A DNA stretch of 64,000 bases from an uncultured delta proteobacterium (GCA_963816395.1 CAWFKQ010000001.1:1-64000); one strand, 5' to 3'; positions 24,671 to 36,587 are shown, counted from the first letter of the stretch. A program made the numbers and translations. The notes: generated by a model not told the origin, from the sequence alone.

Positions 24671-25799
24671 ATGACAACGGAACGCCCCGCCCGAATCCAG
24701 GACCTGATCGGACTGGTCAATGCACTGTACCCGCCGTCCTTTGCTGAAAACTGGGACAATGTCGGTCTGCAGGTGGGTGATCCTGCTGCCCTCCTCAGCC
24801 GGGTCCTGATCTGTCTCGATCCTTCGGAAAAGGCGCTGGCGTCGGCGCAGGCCGCTGGTGCCGAAGCCGTCTTGGCCCATCATCCATTGATTTTTCAGCC
24901 CTTGAAAAATGTCACCCCCGGCAGCGAGACCGGCCGGCTGGTACTGGCGGCGGTGCGTGCGGGAATCGCTTTCATCAGCGTCCATACCAACCTGGATCGG
25001 GCACCGAACGGATTGAATGACTGGCTGGCCGAGCGGCTGGGAGTGACCGCGGCCGCGCCGCTGTCCCCCGGCGGCCAGGATCTGGTCAAGCTGGTGGTCT
25101 TCGTCCCTGCCGGTTACGAGGAGGCGGTCGCCGACGCCCTCTTCCAGGGCGGCGCCGGGCAGATCGGCAATTATGACCGCTGTTCCTTTCAGGCCGTCGG
25201 CACCGGCACCTTCCGCCCCGGCGCCGGCACCGCCCCCTTCCGCGGCAGCTGCGGTGAAACGGAACGGGCCAGGGAAGTGCGTCTGGAGACGATCCTGCCG
25301 CATCACCGCATCCATCGGGCGGTCGAACGGATGCTCAGGGCCCACCCCTATGAAGAGGTGGCATACGACCTCATTCCCCTGGCCAATCGCCGGCCGGACG
25401 TCGGGCTGGGGCGGATCGGCCGTCTGCCGGAGCCGACCACGCTGGAGCTCTTTGCCCTGCCGGGTCAAGGAGGCCCTCGGCGCCGGCACCCTGCGGCTGG
25501 TCGGCGAGCCGGCCAGCCCGGTGAGAAAGGTCGCCCTGTGTGGCGGGAGCGGCGCTTCGCTGCTGCCCGAGGCGATCCGTCAGGGAGCGGATGTGCTGGT
25601 CACCGGGGACATCAAGTACCATGAGGCGCGCAGCGCCGAAAGTCAGGGCCTGGCCCTGATCGACGCCGGACACTTCGCCACCGAATGGCTGATGGTGCGG
25701 GAAATGGCCGAAAAACTGCGGACCGAAGTACTCCAGCGGGGGCTCGCAATCGAGTTTGTCGAGATGGAGGGGGAGACGGAACCGTTCCGGTGGCTCTGA
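24671..25799 (+). CDS. Nif3/YqfO-like dinuclear metal protein (frameshift near 25455)
   Basis: AENWDNVGLQVG, HHPLIF, HTNLD, AHPYEEVAYD, GDIKYH, DAGHFATE. Confidence 0.92.
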
Positions 25800-25866
25800 A
25801 TCCCTCTGCTCTTTGCCGGCGCCGCGCCGGCAGCTAAAAAACGGAAAATCGGATGGGAGGCAAGAC

Positions 25867-26580
25867 GTGCAAGATCAGCTATCACTGCTCAAGGATTTGC
25901 AGGAGCTCGACCAGGAATTGAAGCGACTTGGCCAGGGGCATCGGAAGCTGGAAGCCGAACGGGATGAACTGCAAGGGGACCTGGAACGCATTCAGTCGAT
26001 GGTCGACAGCTTGAATTCGGAAATCGAGGAGCTCCAAGGCCTGCGACGGGAGCTGAACCAGTCCTTGATCCAGGAGCAGGAGAATGTCAAGAAGGCGGAA
26101 AGCCGGCTTCCCGGCATCAAGACGCAGAAGGAATATGTGGCGGTGCTCAAGGAAATCGATACCGCCAAGAAGATGAACAAGGATATCCAGGATCGCATCC
26201 AGGAGAAAACCGGTGAAATCGATTCCCTGAGTCGCGACCGGGAGGAGAAGGAAGCGGAGCTGGCGGCAGTCAAGGCCCGGGTCGAGGGACGGCAGGCGGA
26301 AATTGCCGACCTGCTGGGCGAGAGCGACCAGGTGGTGACGGAAAAAAGTCAGCAGCGGGATGCTCTGCTCAACGGCTTGCCCGTTCCCTTGCGTAAGCGC
26401 TACCAGCTGCTGATGGAACGTCGGGGCGGAATCGCAGTGGTCGAGGCCCGCAACGGCGCCTGTCTTGGCTGCAATATGCATCTGCCGCCGCAACTTTTCA
26501 ACAGCCTGTTTCGCGAAGGAGAGATGCAGGCCTGCCCGCATTGTAACCGGCTGCTGTTCGTCGAGACCACCGCAGGCTGA
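25867..26580 (+). CDS. Coiled-coil protein with C4 zinc ribbon
   Basis: Long coiled coil, CLGC...CPHCNRLL; usual neighbour of Nif3 and rnpB. Confidence 0.88.
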   Translation: MQDQLSLLKDLQELDQELKRLGQGHRKLEAERDELQGDLERIQSMVDSLNSEIEELQGLRRELNQSLIQEQENVKKAESRLPGIKTQKEYVAVLKEIDTAKKMNKDIQDRIQEKTGEIDSLSRDREEKEAELAAVKARVEGRQAEIADLLGESDQVVTEKSQQRDALLNGLPVPLRKRYQLLMERRGGIAVVEARNGACLGCNMHLPPQLFNSLFREGEMQACPHCNRLLFVETTAG

Positions 26581-26687
26581 TGAACTCAGGGAGACAGGGG
26601 AGGGCTTTTCGCCACCTCATTGTCTGCTGGAGCATCGAGGTAAAAGCTTTTCCCCGGCGGCCAGTCGGGTTAAAATATCGAGTGGTC

Positions 26688-27140
26688 GGAGAAGGACAGA
26701 TGATCGCCGCCCGCCGTCGCCTTGGGCGAAGGCGGGGGGAGGAAAGTCCGGGCTCCGCAGGGCAGGATGGTCCTTAACGGGGACCGGGGGCGACCCCAGG
26801 GAAAGTGCCACAGAAAGCAGACCGCTCCGCCTTCGCTGCCGCTATGCGGCAGCTACGGCGGACAAGGCCGCACGGCTTGTCCGCTGAAAGCCCGAAGGGC
26901 GAAAGTGGAGTAAGGGTGAAACGGTGAGGCAAGAGCTCACCAGTTCCGGCGGCGACGTCGGAAGCTCGGCAAACCCCATCCGGAGCAAGGCCAAATAGGG
27001 GAGCGTTTGAGGGCGGCCCGTCCGAAGCTCCCGGGTTCGGCCGCTTGAGGCCGTCGGCAACGACGGTCCTAGAGGAATGATCATCGCCCTGCCGCCGGGT
27101 AACCGCGGCGGGGAACAGAACCCGGCTTACGGCCTTCTCC
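26688..27140 (+). ncRNA. rnpB: RNase P RNA (type A) with expanded P12
   Basis: GAGGAAAGTCCGGGCT, GAAAGTGCCACAGAAA, GGGTGAAACGG, GGCAAACCCC, GAGCAAGGCCAAATAG, ACAGAACCCGGCTTA; P1 GGAGAAGG/CCTTCTCC. Confidence 0.97.
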
Positions 27141-27213
27141 GGCCACTTTTCTGCACGATCGACGGCACCCCATGCGGCGTGCCGTTCGTATTTTCCGGGA
27201 GCACTGCGATGCT

Positions 27214-27765
27214 ATGAGAGTGGAAAGCGATTCCAGCAAGGACGGGGTCCTCCGCTGCGAGCAGCTGCGCCAGCTGTGGCGCGTCTTGGTTGTCCGCCTG
27301 GGCCGGGAAGCGGAGGGCCTGCCGGCTGCCGAGAGGGAATGGATCGGTTGCCGCCTGATGCGGATAGGCGAGATCCAGCAGAACCTGCAGGCGCTATTCA
27401 CCGACGCCGGCGGGGTTTCCGCTTGTAAACAGTGCGGCGGCGGCTGTTGCGAGCGGGGTATCCATCACCTGACCCTGGTCAACCTCCTGCACTGGCTGCT
27501 CGCCGGTGAGGCGCCGCCGGAGCCCGATTTCGCGGCCACCTGCCCCTTTTTGGGAGCGGTCGGCTGCCGGCTGCCGGCCGCCCGCCGCCCTTTCAACTGC
27601 ATCATTTTCTTCTGTGAAAAGGTGGAAGAACGGCTGTCGCTCGCTGACCGGGCGACATTCCGTCGTCTGGAGGGGCAGTTGCGGGAGATTTATCTCGCTT
27701 TCGACCGCCGTTATGCCGGTTCCAGCCTGCGGGGTCTGCTGATTCGGGCCGAAACTCTGGGCTGA
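27214..27765 (+). CDS. Cys-rich hypothetical protein (YkgJ/CxxCxxxCC-like)
   Basis: CKQCGGGCC, CPFL...GC, RPFNC. Confidence 0.65.
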   Translation: MRVESDSSKDGVLRCEQLRQLWRVLVVRLGREAEGLPAAEREWIGCRLMRIGEIQQNLQALFTDAGGVSACKQCGGGCCERGIHHLTLVNLLHWLLAGEAPPEPDFAATCPFLGAVGCRLPAARRPFNCIIFFCEKVEERLSLADRATFRRLEGQLREIYLAFDRRYAGSSLRGLLIRAETLG

Positions 27766-27864
27766 ACCCCTTTTTCGACCGGCTCTGAGGCCCAGAGCCG
27801 CCTTGGATCCGATTCGAAACCGCTGCTGGCCTATCTAGCACTGCCGATTGGAGATGGTTACCGC

Positions 27865-28932
27865 ATGAAATTGCATTTCGACCGCCGGAACAACGAAGTG
27901 GATGAACTGATCGACGATCTGATCCGGATGGTCGGCGTTCATCATCCCGGCATTATCCGGGAGATGATCATCAGCGCTCTCAAGGCCGGCCAGGAGAACG
28001 ACTACCTGGCCGATCTCAAGCTGATGCGCACCACCATGAAGGAGATGCGCTACACCAATAAGGTTTTCGGTCCCTACCGCCACCGCAAGAAGGTTACCAT
28101 CTTCGGCTCTGCCCGCACCCGGCCGAGCGAACCCATCTATGGCAAATGCCGTGACTTCTCGCGCCTGCTGGCCGAGGGGGGATATATGGTGATCACCGGC
28201 GGCGGCGGTGGGATCATGCAGGCCGGTAACGAAGGGGCGGGGGCGGAGAATTCCTTCGCCGTCAACATCCGTCTCCCCTTCGAACAGGAGACCAATCCGG
28301 TCATGGTGAAGAGCCGCAATGCCATCGTCTATAAGTATTTTTTCAACCGCAAGGTGGCCTTTCTCAAGGAGGCCCAAGCCGTGGCGTTGTTCCCGGGAGG
28401 GTTCGGTACCATGGACGAGGCGATGGAGGTGCTGACCCTGATCCAGACCGGCAAGAACCCACCCATCCCGCTGGTGCTGATCGATGATGACAATGGGGAT
28501 TACTGGGAGAACTGGTTTCAATTCACGAAAAATACTCTGCTGCGCAAGGGGTTGATTTCGGGGGAGGATTTCAGTCTCTTCACGATCACCCGCGATCCCC
28601 GGGAGGCGGTGGCGATCATCGACGATTTCTACCGCGTCTATCATTCCCTGCGCTTTGTCCGCAGCACCCTGGTGATTCGCCTTAATCGGCCGATCACCGA
28701 GGAACAGATAGAAACCCTCGAGCATGAGTTCAATGAAATCATCGAACCTGGCAGTCATCTGCAGCTTACTGGCCCGCTGCCCGAGGAGCAGGACCAGCCC
28801 GACCTGCTGGAACTGCCCCGGCTGATCTTCGAATTCAATCACTTCAGCTATGGGCTATTGAAGGCTTTCATCCGCCGCCTCAATTCTTTCTGGAAACCCA
28901 GTGAGATAGGAAGTAGTGAGGTAGTGAGGTAG
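27865..28932 (+). CDS. LOG family (TIGR00730-like) nucleotide-binding protein
   Basis: VTIFGSART, ITGGGGGIM, YFFNRK, PGGFGTMDE. Confidence 0.9.
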   Translation: MKLHFDRRNNEVDELIDDLIRMVGVHHPGIIREMIISALKAGQENDYLADLKLMRTTMKEMRYTNKVFGPYRHRKKVTIFGSARTRPSEPIYGKCRDFSRLLAEGGYMVITGGGGGIMQAGNEGAGAENSFAVNIRLPFEQETNPVMVKSRNAIVYKYFFNRKVAFLKEAQAVALFPGGFGTMDEAMEVLTLIQTGKNPPIPLVLIDDDNGDYWENWFQFTKNTLLRKGLISGEDFSLFTITRDPREAVAIIDDFYRVYHSLRFVRSTLVIRLNRPITEEQIETLEHEFNEIIEPGSHLQLTGPLPEEQDQPDLLELPRLIFEFNHFSYGLLKAFIRRLNSFWKPSEIGSSEVVR

Positions 28933-29028
28933 AAAATTTCGTTCATTCTCCGTCGTGTTCCCGGGATATTTGACGAACCGGTGGCCGGGGATAAACTGAA
29001 GGCGGAGTCCTGCCCCAGGGAGGCGGAG

Positions 29029-29616
29029 ATGTCAAAACGGTTTGTCTTTCCGCTGGTTCTGCTTCTGGTTCTGTCCGGTTGTGCCGGCATCCCCCTGTCC
29101 AAGGAAGCGCTCAACCAGGTGGATCCATCTGTGGATTACGCCGAGGTAAAAGCCAATCCGGAGAGGTTCCGGGGGAGTACCCTTCTGCTCGGGGGCCAGA
29201 TTCTCGACGACCGGACGAGCCGGGAGGGGTCGACCCTGGAGGTTCTCCGCTATTACCTGGACAACTCGGGGCGGCCGATCAAGGTCGATGAGGCCGGCGG
29301 CCGCTTCCTGGTGCGCACCGACCGTTTCCTCGACCCCAAGGTGTACGAGAAAGGGGAATACATCACCTTGACCGGCACCGTCCTCGGGCAGGAAACCAGG
29401 TCTCTGAACGGCGTCGAGTATGCCTACCCGCTCTTCCGCCTGGGTGAGGCCCATATCTGGAAAGAACCGATGGGCGGCTATTACGGGTATCCTGGGTATT
29501 ACGGTCCTTACGGACCGCCGTACTACAATTATCCCTTCTATGATCCTTATTGGTATCCCTTTGGCCCCCCTTACTACCGCTATCCGCTCTGGGATCACCG
29601 CCGTCCGTGGTGGTAA
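29029..29616 (+). CDS. Slp family outer-membrane lipoprotein
   Basis: Lipobox LSGC, LLGGQI, GGRFLV, FLDP; Tyr/Pro-rich tail. Confidence 0.85.
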   Translation: MSKRFVFPLVLLLVLSGCAGIPLSKEALNQVDPSVDYAEVKANPERFRGSTLLLGGQILDDRTSREGSTLEVLRYYLDNSGRPIKVDEAGGRFLVRTDRFLDPKVYEKGEYITLTGTVLGQETRSLNGVEYAYPLFRLGEAHIWKEPMGGYYGYPGYYGPYGPPYYNYPFYDPYWYPFGPPYYRYPLWDHRRPWW

Positions 29617-29769
29617 CCGGTTTCCCAGGGCATCCCACCGTTTCGCGACCGGGAAAAAATAGATAGTAAATTCCACCTCATTCGCATAATATCTGGCATT
29701 AATCCGATTTTTCCCCCGCCCGATGCAACCGGCTTTATTCTCCGATCCCGCTATCTGCAGGAGGAAGTC

Positions 29770-32700
29770 ATGACTCATTTGACCCCCCATCCGGAGGCTT
29801 GGGAGCCATCTGACGGTCATCTGGAGGAGAGTGGGGGAGGAACAGGGCGCTGGCCATTAACGGTTCAGATCCTGCTCGGGCTGACCATCATGGCGGGCCT
29901 TTACCTCCTCAGCCGTCGCAGTTATCTCCCCTTCCACAATCTGGTCGAACTCAGCAGCGTCATCGTGGCGATGACCATCTTCAGCATTGGCTGGCATGCC
30001 CGGCGTTTCGCCCGCGACTACACTCTGCTGGTACTGGCGACCGCCTACCTGGCCGTGGGGGTCCTGGACCTGCTGCATGCCCTTTCCTACAAAGGAATGG
30101 GTTTTTTCCCCATCGGCGGGGCCAACCTGCCGACCCAGTTCTGGCTCGCCGCCCGCTATCTGGAGGCGGGGGCTTTTCTCGCCGCTGCCCTGCTCACCGG
30201 CTGGCGGGGGAAGCTTTCTCCGGAACTCCTGCTGACCTTGAGCCTGGTCATCGGCCTGGCGCTGGTCGTTGCCATTTATCCCCTGGGGGTTTTCCCCACC
30301 TGCTATCTTGAAGGCAGAGGCCTGACCCCCTTCAAAATCGGCAGCGAATACCTCATCTGTCTCCTGCTGGCGGTCGCCGGCTTTTTCCTCTGGCACCGGC
30401 GCGGCCAGCTGAACGGGCAACTGCTGTGGCTGCTGCTGGCTGCCATCCTCTTCAAGATCCTGGCTGAGTTCAGTTTCACCCTGTATGTCGATGTTTACGG
30501 TTTTTCCAATTTCCTCGGCCATATTCTCAAGCTGACATCGATCTTCTTTCTCTATCGGGCACTGGTCGAAGGCTCGCTGCGCCGTCCCTATCTCTCGCTT
30601 TTCCGGGATCTGGTCGGGGCCAAGGAAAAACTGCAGGAGGAACTGCTGGCACGGGAAATGGGCATGCGGGAGCGCGACGAGTTGCTCCTTACCCTCGAGC
30701 AGCAGCGGCGGCTGGCGGATGAGCGCGCTCGGGAGGCGGAAGAGGGGCAGCAGATTCTCAATACCCTGATGGAATACCTGCCCGAGGGGATTACCATTGC
30801 CGATTCCGGGGGGAAGATCCGGATGGTCAGCCGATATGGACAGGAGCTGGCCTGCCGGTCTCTGGAGGAACTGCGGCCGCTACCCGGTCGGCTCGCATGC
30901 CGAATTCTGGGGGTTTTATCACCCGGACGGCGAGACTCCTGCCGCCGGCGATGCTCTGCCGCTCACCCGGGCTCTGCGGCAGGGGGAGGTCGTGGCCAAT
31001 GAGGAATGGGTGCTGAAGCGGCCGGACGGTTCAGCCGTCACCCTTCTGACCATTGCCGGTCCGATCCGCGGCCGCGAAGGGCAGGTGATCGGCAGCATCG
31101 TCGCCTGGCGGGATATCACCTCCTGGAAGAAAACCATGGAAGAACTGAAGCAGGCCAAAGAGGCCGCCGAGGCGGCGAACCGGGCCAAGAGCGAGTTCCT
31201 GGCCAACATGAGCCATGAGATCCGCACCCCGATGAATGCCATCATCGGCATGACAGAGCTGACCCTGGACACACCGTTGCGCCTGGAGCAGAGAGATTAT
31301 TTGAATATGGTCAAGACATCGGCCGACTCCCTGTTGCGGGTGATCAACGACATCCTCGATTTCTCCAAGATCGAAGCCGGCATCCTCGACATCGAAGAAA
31401 TCGACTTCAGTCTCCGCGAAGCGGTGGAAAAGACGATCGAGGCACTCGCGGTGCGCGCCCACGAGAAGGGGCTGGAGCTTGCCTGTCACATCAACTCGCA
31501 GGTGCCGGACCGTCTTCTGGGCGATCCCGGCCGATTGCGGCAGGTCCTCACCAACATGGTTGGCAATGCCGTTAAATTCACTGCCAGGGGGGAAGTCGTG
31601 GTCACGGTGGAGGCGGAGCGCACCGATGGTCGATCCTGTCGCTTGCGTTTCGCGGTCCGCGATACCGGCCCCGGCATCCCAGCGGACAAAGTGGACTGCC
31701 TGTTCCAGAGTTTCTGTCAGGTGGACAGTTCAACCACCCGAAGTTACGGGGGCACCGGTCTGGGACTTGCCATTTCCCGGCAGATTGTCGAGAGGATGGG
31801 AGGCAAGGTCGGGGTTGAAAGCGAGTTCGGCAGCGGCAGCATATTCTTCTTTATCATCCCCCTGAAGTTATCGGATCAGAAGATTGTCATGTCCGCCGAA
31901 ACATTGAGATTGCGTGGTCGTCGCGTGCTGGTCATTGACGATAACCAGACCAACCGGCGCATTCTCTGGGAGATGCTCAGCAATTGGGGAATGGAAGCGG
32001 TGCTGGCAAAAGGAGGCGACGAGGGGCTGCGGGCTTTGGGGACCGCGCGGGAGAAAAAAATTCCCTTCGATTTGCTGCTGCTCGATGCGCATATGCCGGA
32101 GATGGATGGTTTTTCGGTCGCCGAACAGATCAGGCGAAACCCGACCCTGCAAGGCTCGACGGTGATGATGGTGACCTCGGACGACGTCGGCGCGGCTGCC
32201 GCCCGCTGCCGCGACCTGGGGATTGCCCGTTATCTGGTCAAGCCGGTCAAACAGTCTGAGCTGTTCAACGCCATTGTCGAACTGATGAACCGCCCCCCGG
32301 GCGAGATCTCCTCCCCGCCAGATGGAGGCGCAGGAGACCTCGGAAGTGCAGGTCTCCGCCAGCAATCTGCACATCCTGCTGGCCGAGGATAACCCTATCA
32401 ATCAGCGCTTGGCGACCGTACTGTTGGAGAAGAAAGGCTGGCGGGTCACCGCCGTGCCGAACGGCGCGGCGGCTTTACGGGCCTTTGTACCGGAACGTTT
32501 CGATGTCATCCTGATGGATGTGCAGATGCCGGAACTGGACGGGCTGGAGGCAACCCGCCGCCTTCGCCAGAAGGAGGCGGCAGGAGCCCGGCGGGTGCCG
32601 GTGATCGGCCTGACCGCCCACGCCATGCAGGGGGATCGGGAGAAATGCCTGGAAGCCGGGATGGACGATTATGTCGCCAAGCCGATCCGACCCGAAATTC

Positions 32701-33083
32701 TGTACCTGGCGATCGAGCGCTGTCTGCGGGGAGAGAGCGCGACAGTTCAGGAAAGCACCGCTGTCGATATCACCGATGCCCTCGCGGCAGTGGATGGGGA
32801 CAGGAAATTTCTCCGGGAGCTGGCCGATCAGTTGATTAATGATTTCCCCTGGCAGGTTACGGAACTGCGGAATGCCCTGGCTGAGCGGGATGCCAAAAAA
32901 CTGGAGAGGCTGGCGCACAGCCTCAAGTCGGTGGTCGGCATTTTCGGCGCCCGTCTCGCCGTCGAGCTGTCCCAGGAACTGGAATGGCTGGGAGAAAGGG
33001 AGAAGCTCGAGGAGGCGCCGAAGGTTTTGCAGAAACTGGAACAGGAGCTCGAGAAAGTCAAGAGTGCCCTGGTGCAGATGTGA
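29770..33083 (+). CDS. Hybrid sensor histidine kinase (MASE3-like TM, PAS, HisKA/HATPase, 2 REC, Hpt); frameshifts near 30880 and 32330
   Basis: [30 protein letters not shown], two receiver domains, AHSLKS Hpt. Confidence 0.9.
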
Positions 33084-33135
33084 TTTCCGCGCAATCATGA
33101 ACAAAAGCGGCCGTCCGCGGCTGAAAGGAGGCAAC

Positions 33136-33426
33136 ATGTTGAGACATCTGGTTTTTTTCAGGTTCAACGACGGGGTGAGGGAAGAGGAGATCCGCGACCT
33201 CGAGCAGAGCCTGGCCGCGCTCCCTGGGATCATTCCGGAGATCGACGGCTTTGAATTCGGGCGGGACGTGGTCCGCTCCGAACGTTCATACGATTTCGCC
33301 CTGGTATCGACCTTTGCCGACCTGACGGCGATGCAGCGCTACCAGGTGCATCCTGAGCACCAGGCGGTGCTCGCCAAGGTCCGTCAGCTTTGTTCCAGTG
33401 TGGTGGTGGTTGATTACCAGGTGTAG
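33136..33426 (+). CDS. Dabb (stress-responsive alpha/beta barrel) protein
   Basis: MLRHLVFFRF...LPGIIPEI...YQVHPEH; AGGAGG RBS. Confidence 0.85.
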   Translation: MLRHLVFFRFNDGVREEEIRDLEQSLAALPGIIPEIDGFEFGRDVVRSERSYDFALVSTFADLTAMQRYQVHPEHQAVLAKVRQLCSSVVVVDYQV

Positions 33427-33526
33427 CCGCAGGCACGTGAAACCATTCCCACGCGGGATGGTTTTACTGGAAATATAAACAGCACACTGATAATATGTAC
33501 TGTTACTTTCTGCGCTGGAGCGGCAG

Positions 33527-33946
33527 ATGAGCGGGTTTGATGTCGAGAAGAGTGTCGGTTTCCTGCTGGCGAAAGCCCATCAGCGTTTGTACGCTTTTTT
33601 TCGTCAGGAGCTGGCGGGTTACGGGATTACCCCCCCGCAATTCGCGCTGCTGGCCTTTCTCTGGAAGCAGGACGGCTTGTCCCAGGTGGAGTTGTCGGAG
33701 AAAACGGAGGTGGACCGGACCACCATCGGCGGACTGGTCGATCGCCTGGAAAAGGCAGGCCTGGTTGAAAGGTATCCCAGCCCGGTCGACCGGCGGGCCC
33801 ACCTGGTCTATTTAACGGCAAAGGGAAGATCGCTGGAAGAGGAACTTGGCCGCATCGCTCTGCGGGTGCGGTGTCGATACACCGCCGCCTTAGCCCCCGC
33901 CGAGTATGACAACCTCTGCGAGCTGTTGGAAAAACTGCGCGGTTGA
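33527..33946 (+). CDS. MarR family regulator
   Basis: ITPPQF, LSQVEL, DRLEKAGLV, DRRAHLVYLT. Confidence 0.92.
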   Translation: MSGFDVEKSVGFLLAKAHQRLYAFFRQELAGYGITPPQFALLAFLWKQDGLSQVELSEKTEVDRTTIGGLVDRLEKAGLVERYPSPVDRRAHLVYLTAKGRSLEEELGRIALRVRCRYTAALAPAEYDNLCELLEKLRG

Positions 33947-33960
33947 AGAGGGAGGAAGCG

Positions 33961-35231
33961 ATGAAGATGAGCCGCATGCTGCCGATACTGTGCCTTTTCG
34001 GGATTTGGGCGTCGCCGGCGGCCGCCCTCAGCCTGGTTGAGTGCCTTCACTTGGCCCAGGAGCACAATCCCACCCTGCAGGCCGCGGCGCTGGAGCCGGT
34101 GATCGCCGGTGAGGCGGTGACCCGGGCCCGCAGCGGCTATCTGCCACGGGTCGATGCCCGTGGCGCTTATACCGTGCAGAAGGACCCGCAGGCGGTGATT
34201 ATCTCCGGTCGAACGGAGCCGACGCAGCAGGCGCAGTATCCTTCCGCCAGCATCACGGCGGAGCAGACCCTTTACGACTTCGGCCTTACCGCCGCCCGGG
34301 TTGGCCGGAACCAGGCCCTGCAGGCGGCGGCGGTGGCAGATTACCGGGGCGTGGAACAGAATATTTTTCTGCGTACCACGGTAGCCTACTATTCCATCCT
34401 CGAGGCGGATGAACTCCGCAAGGCGGCGGCGCAGGAAGTGGAGCAGTTCACCGATCACCTGCGGGTGGCCCAATCGCTGTACCAGCAGGGGACGGTCACC
34501 CGCAACGACGTGCTGCAGGCCCAGGTGCAACTGGCCGACAGCCGGCAGCTGCTCCTGGCCCGGGAGAACCAGGTGGAGAACAACTGGCTGCAGCTCAATT
34601 ATCTGACCGGCCGGCCGGCCGAGGAGCGCGGCGAGTTGGAGGCAAAGCTTCCCTTCGCTCTGGCCGAGGCCCCTCCCTCTCCTGCCGGCGCGGTTTCCGA
34701 CCGCCCGCAGTTGCAGGCACAGCGGCAGATCGTGGCGGCTGAGCAGGAAGAGGTGCGGACGAACCGGCGTAAATTCTGGCCGACGATCTTCGCCCGGGGC
34801 GGTATCGATTACGTGGATAACAAGTACGTCGCCGAGCAGGCGATCTATTCGGCCACCTCGGTCTTCGCGTGAACCTCTTCGACGGTTTCGCCAAGGTCGC
34901 GGATTATCGGGAGTCGGTGGCCCGGCTGACCCGGGAACGCAGGCGACTGCAGGACCTGCAGGAGCAGTCGCAGGTGGAGTACCGCACGGCCCTGAACGAC
35001 GCCCAGGTGGCGAGGGCCCGGGTCAAAGTGGCCGAGGAAGCGATCCGTGCGGGGGAGGAAAACCTGCGGATCAATCGCAACCGCTACCGCGAACAGGTCG
35101 GCACCGCCACTGATGTCATCGACGCCCAGACCCTGCTGACCCGCACCCGCACGGAATATTTCCAGGCCCAGCTCGATTATCAGTTGGCTGTTGCCCGGGT
35201 CAAGTGGGTGGCGGGGGAACTGCATCTGTAG
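33961..35231 (+). CDS. TolC family outer-membrane efflux protein (frameshift near 34860)
   Basis: Signal peptide, YLPRVD, YREQVGTATDVIDAQ. Confidence 0.88.
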
Positions 35232-35289
35232 GACATACAATCTCACTACCTCACTGTCTGTTGGGTTGCAAACCAGGGAGTAAACCAAG

Positions 35290-36378
35290 ATGACCGATCA
35301 GGTCACCGAAAAAAGAGAAGAAAAAACCAAAGTCAACGGCAGTCGGCGCCGGCGGGCTATATTCATTCTGCTGTTTCTGGTTATCGTTGGGGTGATCGCC
35401 GGCGGCTGGTTCTGGTACCGCAGCAAGGCTTTCGTCAGCACCGACGATGCCTTCATCGAGTCCCACATCTATTCCATCTCCGCCCGCATTTCCGGCCATG
35501 TCACCGCCGTGCCGGTGGAAGACAACCAGCAGGTCAGCCGTGGAGACCTGCTCGTTGCCCTGGACCCGGCCGACTACGAGGTCAAGGTGCACATCGCCGA
35601 GGCCAAACTGGCCCAGGCGCAGAACCAGACCACCGGCGATTATGCCCAGGTGGCGGCGGCCAAGGCGGCGGTGCAGCAGGCGCAGGCACAGCTCGAACAG
35701 GCCGATCTCGACCTGAAGCGGGGCAAGGCCCTGCTGGCCGACCAGACCATTCCCAAGGAGCAGGTCGACCGTCTGGAAACGGCCCGCCGGGTCGCTGCCA
35801 GCCGGGTCCACGAGGCCGAGCAGCGGCTGCGGCGAGCACAGGCGATGGTCGCCAGCTCGGCAGAAGTCGGCGGGCAGGAAGCACTGATTGCGCAGCGGCA
35901 GGCGGAACTGGCCCAGGCCAGGCTGAATCTTTCCTATACGCAGATTACCGCCCCCGCCGACGGCTACGTCACCCGCAAATCGGTGGAAGTGGGGACCAAC
36001 GTCCAGCCCGGGCAGCCGCTCATGGCGGTGGTGCAGCTGGCGGACTCCTGGGTGGTGGCCAACTATAAGGAAAGCCAGCTCACCCACGTTCATCCGGGGC
36101 AGAAGGTGACTTTCACCGTCGATGCCTATCCGGGGCGCGAATTCTCCGGGCAGGTCAACAGCATCATGGCCGGCACCGGCGCGGCGTTCTCTCTGCTGCC
36201 GCCGGAGAACGCCACCGGCAACTACGTCAAGGTGGTGCAGCGGGTGCCGGTGAAGATCATCATCGACCGGGAAAGCGACCCCAAACACCTGCTGCGGGTA
36301 GGGATGAGCGTCGTCCCGACGATCCACACCGGGAGGACCCTGGGGGAGGTGCTGAGCGGGCTCAACCCGTTCGACTGA
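35290..36378 (+). CDS. EmrA/HlyD family periplasmic adaptor
   Basis: STDDAFI, ANYKESQL, FSLLPPENATGNYVKVVQRVPV. Confidence 0.93.
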   Translation: MTDQVTEKREEKTKVNGSRRRRAIFILLFLVIVGVIAGGWFWYRSKAFVSTDDAFIESHIYSISARISGHVTAVPVEDNQQVSRGDLLVALDPADYEVKVHIAEAKLAQAQNQTTGDYAQVAAAKAAVQQAQAQLEQADLDLKRGKALLADQTIPKEQVDRLETARRVAASRVHEAEQRLRRAQAMVASSAEVGGQEALIAQRQAELAQARLNLSYTQITAPADGYVTRKSVEVGTNVQPGQPLMAVVQLADSWVVANYKESQLTHVHPGQKVTFTVDAYPGREFSGQVNSIMAGTGAAFSLLPPENATGNYVKVVQRVPVKIIIDRESDPKHLLRVGMSVVPTIHTGRTLGEVLSGLNPFD

Positions 36379-36408
36379 ACAAGTTGCCGAAGCCAACCCG
36401 AAGGGCGG

Positions 36409-36570
36409 TTCACGCAACGGCGCAACGAACGCAACGAAAAGCCATGGGTTCGAATGTCTTGGGAAAAGATTAAGATCTTGAATTGCGTGGCGTCGTTGCG
36501 TCGTCTGAGTAAAGGTTCACCAGCCCTTTTCCCCGGTTCTTCTTCGCGGGCCTTCGCGGCTTCGCGTGAG
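36409..36570. repeat. Intergenic octamer/nonamer inverted repeats (CGCAACG / CGTTGCG; CTTCGCG)
   Basis: cacgcaacggcgcaacgaacgcaacg...cgtcgttgcgtcg...cttcgcgggccttcgcggcttcgcgtg. Confidence 0.6.
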
Positions 36571-36587
36571 TAAAGGTTCAAAGCTTG

